52,517 bases of DNA from a virus (taxonomy: Duplodnaviria > Caudoviricetes). The stretch spans positions 1 through 52,517 of IMG/VR virus record IMGVR_UViG_3300033067_000691; one strand, given 5' to 3'. This document shows, piece by piece, positions 29,601 to 36,812 of this stretch (the stretch's first letter is position 1; every line of letters starts with the position of its first letter). The notes below the pieces were generated by a model. That model was not told where the DNA came from. It was given only the letters and a program-made list of their open reading frames with translations, and made no database searches. A program made the position numbers and the translations under genes.

Positions 29601-30474
29601 GACGACTGGCAAGCTGATCCGGCTACAGGTCGACGTGACGACGAGCTACCTGTCGGCCAGCGCCTACGATGGGACTACCACGCGCACGGCAACGGGTGCC
29701 GCCGCGATTGACGACGCGACGTGGAAGCATGTGCTGCTGACCTACAGCGCCGGCACGCTGACGATTTACGTCAACGGCGTGAGCTACGCAACGGCGACGG
29801 GGGCGGCCCTGCTCACGCTCAACAACGCGACGGCGGTGTGCGACATCGGCGTGGATTCGCAGCATGCCAACCCGGCGACCAATGGCACGCTTGCCCTCTG
29901 GCGTGCGGGTGCGACTGTGCCTAGCGCCGAGCAGATCAAACACATCTACGAAACCGAGCGCCCCATGTTCGAGGCGAACGCACAATGCTGCCTTGCCGGC
30001 ACCAGCAACGCAGTCACGGCGCTTGCCTACGACGAGGACACCGATCTGCTGCATGTCGGCACCAGCTACGGCCGCAGCGCCTTCAAGGGTCTGGTGCGCG
30101 TATCCAGCGAGGCGACGCCGGTCGGCGCGATCACGGCGCTTGCTGCCAGTGCCGGCGTAGTCGTTCAAGGCGGCGCGAGCGGGGTCGATGTCTATGTCCC
30201 GGCCTACACTTTGCGCGAGGAACTGCTGCGCGATGCCGAGCAGATGGCGCGCTTCGGGCAGAACCTGATTGCCCACGACTTCACGGCGACGGCCTCGCAG
30301 ACGACTTTCACGCTGCCGGTCGGGTGGGAGATTGTCGCGGTCTATCAGCAGGGCAGCATCAAGCGCGAAACAACGTCATGGACGCGATCGTTCGACGGCT
30401 TCAAGTGGTCGGCCGTGCTCGGCACAGGCGCGACGGTTTCCGACTGGATTTCGATTCTGGCGAAGAGGGTTTGA
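26680..30474 (+). CDS. tail fiber / receptor-binding protein with Ala-Ser-Thr stalk, CBM-like and LamG domains
   Basis: Stf-like repeats; ELVTNGTFATDTTGW; DFGTGDFCIMGW...WKHVLLTY...IYVNG. Confidence 0.8.
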   Translation: MSDFFDASGNRISDGLTARAADVNTLRDEVGAGFDLLPDVANLNAGTVSYAVDTGTANSYLVSLPQTPASYTDGLLVTMRPINSNTGASTINVNGLGVKEIRGIDNLAVGAGDIVSGVPIDLRYSTATGYFHLAPNSSVDATAAAASAAAAAASASAASTSASNASASASAASSSATSAATSASAAATSASSASTSATNAASSATNAASSLSDALAIYGSISAVNTAATNAATSATNASNSATAAATSATNAGNSATAAAASSASASTYATTATTQAANAAASAAGATALYGSLGAVQAAEASATASATSASASATTATNQAAAAAASALSAASVVSQDLSAIDRTVFAATIVDAFLYDTEKDSDGGAWRKRCAHTSWENETLSGNWLGSAANETAARAISGATTGSFYYDTTALWFYTLNAGSGKTATYRGNVRQFPAKVLITVEAARVVLWDLTQAGVPMWMVFSFPTYSTGANFTNTPYGLCGNTSYGAPGLTAISMLNGRGFIAANDGGTDCGWDFDLVTEQSFWHCMYPTNGTLTLRQKLLGNISQRNSTTTAATGDKYGATSTNGIRGASNDVAMTVLPNAPVDVATGLPIPTIAVATAGGVSVIKDDGNVWDITAVEGGAYSVATCVEFSRDRLRFVMDSAGNYRSFLYSTIPTADKTVVIDSSSVTDKYLVNSTATASVPKILGGSSLKTDPASRGSAIGSSSGVTIHAENPATPSKGMIAYITKDYNSGWMPGDIRGAWLADTVAETVTGAELVTNGTFATDTTGWTISATKNHGTVTWDALGIKLTSDGSGSGEIAGNQTLTTVVGKTYVLSIERATGTVAAGGAVVTVGTTVDGNQYGSIGGTATTGRFSLTFVATGTAVYIGAVAASATPGQYGIFDNISCRLADVDRSVKAKGLQAFGSLTKAAVASGAALMGYSGFSAANHLEQPYNSDLDFGTGDFCIMGWAKFAATAAKEVIFCRDSPTTGKLIRLQVDVTTSYLSASAYDGTTTRTATGAAAIDDATWKHVLLTYSAGTLTIYVNGVSYATATGAALLTLNNATAVCDIGVDSQHANPATNGTLALWRAGATVPSAEQIKHIYETERPMFEANAQCCLAGTSNAVTALAYDEDTDLLHVGTSYGRSAFKGLVRVSSEATPVGAITALAASAGVVVQGGASGVDVYVPAYTLREELLRDAEQMARFGQNLIAHDFTATASQTTFTLPVGWEIVAVYQQGSIKRETTSWTRSFDGFKWSAVLGTGATVSDWISILAKRV
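27100..27680 (+). repeat. degenerate Ala/Ser/Thr/Asn coding repeats (fiber stalk)
   Basis: SATNAA-type units, with AIYGS/ALYGS repeated. Confidence 0.7.
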
Positions 30475-30476
30475 GC

Positions 30477-30914
30477 ATGAGCGCACTGACGGTTGACCTG
30501 ATGGGCAACACCCCGATGGACGAGGCGACGATACAGGCCCGAGCGCAGGACATCATCGCCTCGCAATGGCCGCAGTGGAAGCGCGAGCGGGCGCTGCGCC
30601 TGGGCGATGTGGCGGCGTTGAATGCCTACATGGACGAGATCGCCGCCGAGGTCGATCTGGCGCGCAGCAATTCGGCGCTGCTGCGCGAGGTGATGGCCTA
30701 CGAGCAGGCCGAGATCAGACTGGCGCTACCGTCCTACGATGGCCCGGAGACGGTTGAAGGCGAGGACGGCCCCGAGCCGCATCCGGAAAAGACCAAGGAC
30801 GACGCCGAGCGCACGGCGGCGCTGGATTGTATTGCTGCCGCCAGCGAGCAAGTCATGGCGCTGGTGTGGTCGAGGGTGCCGGTGCCCGAGCCCGAACCCG
30901 AGCCGCAGCCGTGA
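30477..30914 (+). CDS. tail fiber assembly/chaperone candidate
   Basis: Follows the fiber gene; PEPEPEPQP tail. Confidence 0.6.
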   Translation: MSALTVDLMGNTPMDEATIQARAQDIIASQWPQWKRERALRLGDVAALNAYMDEIAAEVDLARSNSALLREVMAYEQAEIRLALPSYDGPETVEGEDGPEPHPEKTKDDAERTAALDCIAAASEQVMALVWSRVPVPEPEPEPQP

Positions 30915-31057
30915 GAGCAATCCTGATCCTCGCTGCCTGCTTGATGCTGGCCGGCTGTCCGAAGTCCGGCACGCTGAAGGGCTCCGGAGAAGTGGCGCCG
31001 CCGCCCGTGGGATGGGATGCTCACTGCAAGACGATCCCCACGCCTGACGAGTGCTGA
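30911..31057 (+). CDS. small lipoprotein (BTLCP N-terminal-like)
   Basis: Lipobox LAGC; PVGWDAHCKTIPTPDEC. Confidence 0.65.
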   Translation: MRAILILAACLMLAGCPKSGTLKGSGEVAPPPVGWDAHCKTIPTPDEC

Positions 31058-31059
31058 AA

Positions 31060-31491
31060 ATGATCGACTACGGCGCTCTTAAAGAGGTCAATGCGCGGAT
31101 CAACGAGCTTTCATACACGGCTGGTGTTGATCCGTTGTGGGAGCCGATTGACGCCGACGGCGACGGTGGGACGTGCAGCAACTTCGCCGTTGCCAAGTAT
31201 CGGGCGCTGCGGGCTCTCGGGTGCCCCAAGGAATCGCTCGTCCTGATCTGTGCCTTCGTGGAGCCGTTCAGGCTCAAAGACCCGATGACCGGGGAATGGC
31301 GAGACGCGCTGAAGGGAGAGCGGTATCACGCCATTCTTGTCGTCACGCTCGGCGATGTGCGGTACGTGATGGACAACCGCAAGCCATTTCCCACTGAGAT
31401 CGAGTTGATGGACTACGAGTGGCACAAGCTCTGGAACTGGGATTGGGGCAAGTGGGAATGGGCCGAAAACGCTGACAGGAGCATTGCGTAA
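31060..31491 (+). CDS. transglutaminase-like cysteine peptidase (BTLCP/LapG, C93)
   Basis: EVNARIN, GTCSNFAVAKY, YHAILVV, VMDNR giving a Cys-His-Asp triad. Confidence 0.78.
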   Translation: MIDYGALKEVNARINELSYTAGVDPLWEPIDADGDGGTCSNFAVAKYRALRALGCPKESLVLICAFVEPFRLKDPMTGEWRDALKGERYHAILVVTLGDVRYVMDNRKPFPTEIELMDYEWHKLWNWDWGKWEWAENADRSIA

Positions 31492-32240
31492 TGGGACTGC
31501 TCACCGGATATCAGGATGATGCCGACCGCCTGGCACGACAGGAAAAGACGCTGAACCGCAGCTACTCCCACGACATGCGCGAAATCAAGGCCGAAGCCGC
31601 TCCGCACGAAGCGACGGTGAAGGACTACAACGCCCAGGTCGAGTCCTTCCGCAACAGTGCCGTGTCCAAGAAGAACGACAGCCAGCCCGGTGGCGTTGAG
31701 CTGTGGCAGGTGATCGGATGGGTGGCGGCGAATCCTGGTTACCCAACGGTGGTTGCGCACAATCCGCAGTGGGGAGGAAGCCAGTGGTATCACGGCGGCG
31801 CCGGCAACATGTATCTGGGCTCTTACTCCAGCGGCGACGGTGGCGGGTGGTATTGGCAGAACACCGACAAGGCCACCATCCGCCGGGGATCAGACGGCAC
31901 ACCAATTACCTCGCTTCCCAACAACTACGGCATGGACCAGTACTACGCAAGCTGGAACGACAAGCCGTTCGTCAAACCAGTGACCCAGGGACAGATCGAT
32001 ACCGCGACGGCATCGAGCAAGGCGCTCGACACGCTTTCCGACAAAGGGGATTCCGTCAATGCCGACTTCAGTAAAGCCGGCGGATTGCTCACCCGCCAGG
32101 CCGACCGGATCGCCGGCGACATCGAAATGAACGCCGGGCGGCTCCGCGAGGAACAGATGGCACCGCAACCGCAGGCGCGCTCCGTGTTTGACCAGAACAT
32201 GGCCGGCGTTTTCCAATCCATCACCGACTGGCTGAAATAA
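31491..32240 (+). CDS. putative internal virion protein
   Basis: MGLL start and GGLL motif shared with neighbouring genes. Confidence 0.55.
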   Translation: MGLLTGYQDDADRLARQEKTLNRSYSHDMREIKAEAAPHEATVKDYNAQVESFRNSAVSKKNDSQPGGVELWQVIGWVAANPGYPTVVAHNPQWGGSQWYHGGAGNMYLGSYSSGDGGGWYWQNTDKATIRRGSDGTPITSLPNNYGMDQYYASWNDKPFVKPVTQGQIDTATASSKALDTLSDKGDSVNADFSKAGGLLTRQADRIAGDIEMNAGRLREEQMAPQPQARSVFDQNMAGVFQSITDWLK

Positions 32241-32250
32241 GGGGAATCCC

Positions 32251-33231
32251 ATGGCAGACCCGCTTTACACCACGGCCGCCGCGCCGGCAGCTCCGGACCC
32301 CGCGAAAGTAGTCACCGGCGGGTTACTGACCACGCCAACGACTTTCACGCCGCAGACCGACCTGACGGGAACCGGGTACAACGCCACCGCCGGGACATCG
32401 ACCGGCTACGACCCGACGAAATGGAACGTCGATGCTGGCCAGACGGTATCCGGGCAACTGAAGGACATTCTGGATTCCGGAAGCCCACTGCTGAAGCAGG
32501 CCGAGGCCAGATCGAATATGCGCATGAACTCGCGCGGGCTCTTGAACAGCAGCCTCGCCGTAGGGGCCGGCCAGTCGGCGCTCTACGATGCCGCGCTGCC
32601 GATCGCGCAGGCCGATGCCCAGACCAATGCGCAGTCGGCCAACTTCAACGCCAACGCCAGCAACGTCGCCAGCCAGTTCGGCGCCGATGCCGCCAACAAG
32701 CAGTCGCTGGTGAATCAGGACGCCACCAATCGGGCAGCCGAATTCCAGGCCGGCGCCACCAACCAGGCGAACGCGACGAATCAGGAGGCGACGAATCGCG
32801 CCGCTGAGTTTGCCGCCGCCGCCGGCAATCGACTGATCGAGCAGAGCAACACGGTGACCGCCCAGGCGCGCACGGCCGATGCCGAGGCGGCAAACAAGGT
32901 GCTGATGCAAAACCTCGACAACCAGTTCAAGGTAAACATCAGCAACGCCGACGCCGCGAGCAAGGCGCAACTCCAGCTCATGTCCGACACGACCAAGAAG
33001 GATCTGGCCGCGATCGAATCGACCTACAAGCAGATGATTTCTTCGAACGAGCAGGCCGGAGCGCTCTACGGCAAGGTCATGCAGAACATTACTGACGTGG
33101 TGAACAATCCCGACATATCGGCCGAGGACAAGCAGGTTGCCATCGAAAATCAGAAGCAGCTATTGAAAACCGGGATGGACGTCGTATCTGCTGTCAGTGG
33201 CCTTGAACTCGGAGCAATCCTGACTTTCTGA
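32251..33231 (+). CDS. ejection/DNA-transfer protein candidate
   Basis: SRGLLNSS, A/N/Q-rich repeats. Confidence 0.65.
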   Translation: MADPLYTTAAAPAAPDPAKVVTGGLLTTPTTFTPQTDLTGTGYNATAGTSTGYDPTKWNVDAGQTVSGQLKDILDSGSPLLKQAEARSNMRMNSRGLLNSSLAVGAGQSALYDAALPIAQADAQTNAQSANFNANASNVASQFGADAANKQSLVNQDATNRAAEFQAGATNQANATNQEATNRAAEFAAAAGNRLIEQSNTVTAQARTADAEAANKVLMQNLDNQFKVNISNADAASKAQLQLMSDTTKKDLAAIESTYKQMISSNEQAGALYGKVMQNITDVVNNPDISAEDKQVAIENQKQLLKTGMDVVSAVSGLELGAILTF

Positions 33232-33833
33232 TGAAAACATGTTCGAAGTGCGGCACCTCAAAGCCGCTTTCTGAATTTGCTAAGAACAGGGCCTTGAAGG
33301 ACGGCCTTCAGGGAATGTGCCGCAAGTGCAGCAACGAGCACAGCCGGGCATGGAAGGCTGCCAATCCAGACCGCTGCAAGGTGCACGCCGTAGATCGATT
33401 CAAGAAGAATCCGGAGGCCGCCAAAGCAAAGACTGCAGCGCGCTATGCCGAGCGCAAGGAGCAGTACAGAGCGGCGTGCGCGAAATGGAGAGCCAACAAT
33501 CCGGAGAAAGCCAAGAGGGCCGTCGCTGCATGGGCGGCAAAGAATCGCCAGGCGATCCTGATCAACAACCACAATCGGCGAGTCAGGCAGCGTGATGGTG
33601 GCGGAAAGCTACCGCAAGGGACACACGAAAAGCTCTACGCGCTTCAGCGTGGAAAGTGTCCCTGTTGCGGTCAACCGCTTGGCGACGACTACCACCTGGA
33701 CCACATTATTCCGATTGCTCTTGGTGGAACCAACACCTTTGGCAACGTGCAATTGCTGCGCTCCACCTGCAACCAACAGAAGTACGCGAAGCATCCAGTC
33801 GCATTCATGCAAGAGCGCGGATTCTTGCTCTGA
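33231..33833 (+). CDS. HNH homing endonuclease
   Basis: KTCSKC...CPCCG...HLDHIIPIALGGTNTFGNVQLL...CN. Confidence 0.9.
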   Translation: MKTCSKCGTSKPLSEFAKNRALKDGLQGMCRKCSNEHSRAWKAANPDRCKVHAVDRFKKNPEAAKAKTAARYAERKEQYRAACAKWRANNPEKAKRAVAAWAAKNRQAILINNHNRRVRQRDGGGKLPQGTHEKLYALQRGKCPCCGQPLGDDYHLDHIIPIALGGTNTFGNVQLLRSTCNQQKYAKHPVAFMQERGFLL

Positions 33834-34198
33834 CCCTGATCGTGAGCGCCATCGCCGACTATCTCGGGTGCGTCCCGGTCGGCTGGGAGCTTCGCGCGAT
33901 CCGCGTCGACGGGATCTACTACGGCGACGTGATGCTCCAGGGCAATGAGATCCACGTCGCGGTGGCGCCGGAGCATCGTCGCCGCGGCTGGTCGCGGCGC
34001 ATCGCTCGCCAGTTCTTCACCGAGCTGCTGGCGGAAAAGCACTTTCTGACGACGCGCTCCGCTCCCGGCGACGGCACGGAGCCATTCATTCAGCGCCTGG
34101 GCTTCGTGCAAACCAACGAAGACGTCTTCTACCGCTACTGGTGGCTCGACCACCTTCCATTCGAGAGGAAATCCCGCCATGCACAGCAAGATTCTTGA
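33830..34198 (+). CDS. GNAT-like acetyltransferase (start uncertain: CTG 33830 or GTG 33842)
   Basis: EIHVAVAPEHRRRGW...FIQRLGF. Confidence 0.65.
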   Translation: MTLIVSAIADYLGCVPVGWELRAIRVDGIYYGDVMLQGNEIHVAVAPEHRRRGWSRRIARQFFTELLAEKHFLTTRSAPGDGTEPFIQRLGFVQTNEDVFYRYWWLDHLPFERKSRHAQQDS

Positions 34199-35216
34199 GG
34201 AACTGCGGCCGCGTCCGCTGTACTACACGACGCACCGCCGGCAGGTGGCCATGGGAGAGCCCGTGGGCGATGCCATGCGCGGGCCAGCTTTCGGCGAGCG
34301 TCGCGGACCGGCCATCGCGGTATTCGGTGCCTTCGCCAGTGTCAGCGCAGGCCTCGCCGCTGGCGGCCTGATGGGCGGGCTGATGATCGCCGGCGGCGTG
34401 ATGTCTGGGCTCGGCGCTATCACAGGCAACAAGACGCTTTCTTCGCTGGGCATGCTGGCCGGCTTGGCGGGCGGCGTCGGGCAGTTCTTCCAGCAGGGCG
34501 GCTTCGATTCCTTCAGCCAGGCGTATCAGGCCGATGGCGTCAATGGCGTGGTCGATCAATTCACGGGAAGCGCAAATTACGGCGCGTCGCCGGGGACTGA
34601 CGCTGTAATCAATCCGGTCGGTGATGCATCGGTAGCGCAGAGCATCGTTCCGCAGGTTGATACGCAGAGCATCATGGCCGGAAGCGGTAACGGTTTGCTT
34701 GGTTCTGGCGTTCCAGCGCCCAACGTGAGTCAGCTTGGGGTGGAGTTCCCGGCGGGATCGGTGGCGCCGGGTGTTGAGGTCGGAACGAATCTCAACGGTG
34801 GATTGCTGAACAGTCCGGTCGGGGCGAATCTCGGCACCAACGCGGCAACGTCGAGCGGTGGCGTAGTGGATGGCCTCAAGGGGCTGTGGAATGGCTCCGG
34901 CGACTTCACCAAGATGGCGCTGATCAATGCCGGGTCGGGGGCGCTGAAGGGCATGGCAGAGTCGGAAACCAACGACAAGCTGCTGGCACTCAAGGAAAGC
35001 CAGACCGAGGCAGGCAACAAGCTGACTGAGGCACAGACCGCGGCGATCGAGAAGAAGAATGCCGGCGTTCCGGTGACCAGTGTGGGCAGCTTCGGAGCAA
35101 ACCGGAGCGCCGCCTTCGGCACCAACGCCAATGGCCAGACGCGCAGCTACGCCGAGTACATCGCCGACCGCACGGCGGCGATGCAGCGGCTTTTTGGTCA
35201 ATCCGCACCCGCATAA
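34179..35216 (+). CDS. ejection protein with Gly-rich hydrophobic segments
   Basis: AGGLMGGLMIAGGVMSGLG; follows the GNAT gene. Confidence 0.65.
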   Translation: MHSKILEELRPRPLYYTTHRRQVAMGEPVGDAMRGPAFGERRGPAIAVFGAFASVSAGLAAGGLMGGLMIAGGVMSGLGAITGNKTLSSLGMLAGLAGGVGQFFQQGGFDSFSQAYQADGVNGVVDQFTGSANYGASPGTDAVINPVGDASVAQSIVPQVDTQSIMAGSGNGLLGSGVPAPNVSQLGVEFPAGSVAPGVEVGTNLNGGLLNSPVGANLGTNAATSSGGVVDGLKGLWNGSGDFTKMALINAGSGALKGMAESETNDKLLALKESQTEAGNKLTEAQTAAIEKKNAGVPVTSVGSFGANRSAAFGTNANGQTRSYAEYIADRTAAMQRLFGQSAPA

Positions 35217-35225
35217 GGAATCCAC

Positions 35226-35810
35226 ATGGACAAGATGAATCCGGCTACCGGCCCGGAGGGGCAAGCTCAACCTTTCGATTCGACCGAGATCCGCCAGGGC
35301 CTGCGCGAGAACGTGCCGCCGCCCATGCGCGAGGCCTACGACAAGGTGGTGACCGCCGGCATGAAGATCATGTTCGACAAGAGCACCCACCACCTGCTGC
35401 TGGAGCAGATGCAGGCCGAAGGCGAGGTATCCGACAAGCTCGCCGAGGGCGTCGCCGCCCTGATGGCGATGATGCTGAAGAACACCAAGGGCGCCTTTCC
35501 GCAACAACTGATCATCCCGGCCGGGATCGAACTGATGCTTCACGCCGCCGACTTCATCGCTCAGGGTGGCGGCGAGACTGTGACGGCCGAGGACATGGGG
35601 GCGGCCGTGCAAAAGTTCGTGTTCAAGCTGTTCGAGGGCACCGGTGTAAAGCCGGATGCGCTGATGGCTAGCGTCGGGCACATCCAGAAATTGCAGGATC
35701 AGGGTCAGGACGGGGCGCCAGCGGCCAATCCCGAGCCCGGCCAGGCGAGCACACCGGCGGCACCGGCGCAAGGCGCTGGCGGCCTTCTTTCGCAACCGAT
35801 GGGGGCGTAA
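35226..35810 (+). CDS. hypothetical virion-module protein
   Basis: AAGGA RBS; AYDKVVTAGMKIMF. Confidence 0.7.
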   Translation: MDKMNPATGPEGQAQPFDSTEIRQGLRENVPPPMREAYDKVVTAGMKIMFDKSTHHLLLEQMQAEGEVSDKLAEGVAALMAMMLKNTKGAFPQQLIIPAGIELMLHAADFIAQGGGETVTAEDMGAAVQKFVFKLFEGTGVKPDALMASVGHIQKLQDQGQDGAPAANPEPGQASTPAAPAQGAGGLLSQPMGA

Positions 35811-35813
35811 ATC

Positions 35814-36809
35814 ATGGGCCTGTTGATGGGAGCACTTGCCGGAGCGGCCGGCGCAGTCGAAGACACCACGAAATATGCGCTGCGCTCGATGATGGATGAG
35901 GAAAAGGCCAATCGCATCGCCGAGTACAGCAGCCGCCTCAAGTCCAACGAGGATCTGACGACCAGGGGCCGCAACAAGGCCGATGCAGCGGAGGAACGCG
36001 GGCGGGTTCAGACCGAAGCGCAAGCCGCTGCCGACAAGCGCGGAGGCCTGCTGTCTCAGAGTGCGACCGACGCCTACAACGCGCTGGCCAGCACGGACCC
36101 GGAAGGCGCGCAAGCCGGACTCGATGCCGTGAATCAGGCGAAGGCCGAGGGCAGATACAAGCAGGAACCGACGACCAAGGACATGCTGCTGGCCCAGGGC
36201 GACATCAAGACCATCGCGGCCATGGATGAAAAGCATTTCGCAAGCGAGATAAGGACGGCCATCGCCAATGGCAGGTTCGAGAATGCTTTGCAGATCGCTC
36301 AAATCAAGGGCGACTTCGCTATGACGCTGGGAGAACTCAAGGCGGCCTCAAAGAACGGTAGCGAGAAGGCCACCGAGCTGATGCGCAACATAACGGCGCT
36401 CAAGGGTATGGGCAAGTCAGACAAGGAGGCCATCGACCTCCTGCTGGGCGGGAAGGTCGGTGAGTACACCACCATCCATACGGAAAGCATCGACGACAAG
36501 ACTGGAGCCAAGACAACGACTACACGGAAGGTTAAGCCGCAACCCGAGTCCACAGCACCTCAGCGCTCGATGATGGACCTGTTCCCGCCAAAGCAGAATC
36601 AGCAGGCGCCGGCACAGGCGGCCAGCGCCACGGCAAGCGCCGCCCCGCGAATGACGACCGAGGATGTGCAGCCGGTTGTAGTGAAACTGGAGCCGGCGGG
36701 GCAGTCCATGTTTGGCAGAAAACAGTTCGTCGCCACGTACCAGGACGGCACGCGAAAGGTGGTCTCTGGCGACGATGCCGAGCGCCAAGCCATCCTCATG
36801 AGCAAGTAA
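35814..36809 (+). CDS. ejection protein candidate
   Basis: MGLLMGALAG start; helical; precedes the giant protein. Confidence 0.65.
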   Translation: MGLLMGALAGAAGAVEDTTKYALRSMMDEEKANRIAEYSSRLKSNEDLTTRGRNKADAAEERGRVQTEAQAAADKRGGLLSQSATDAYNALASTDPEGAQAGLDAVNQAKAEGRYKQEPTTKDMLLAQGDIKTIAAMDEKHFASEIRTAIANGRFENALQIAQIKGDFAMTLGELKAASKNGSEKATELMRNITALKGMGKSDKEAIDLLLGGKVGEYTTIHTESIDDKTGAKTTTTRKVKPQPESTAPQRSMMDLFPPKQNQQAPAQAASATASAAPRMTTEDVQPVVVKLEPAGQSMFGRKQFVATYQDGTRKVVSGDDAERQAILMSK

Positions 36810-36812
36810 GCA

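Noticed and set aside
26680-30474. Diversity-generating retroelement or invertible tail cassette
   Set aside because: No reverse transcriptase, template/variable repeat pair or invertase was seen.
34086-36302. Long antisense ORFs (also 7633-9165, 39477-41303, 45846-47240)
   Set aside because: They have no motifs or RBS and are typical high-GC shadow frames, unlike the motif-complete HNH at 38211.
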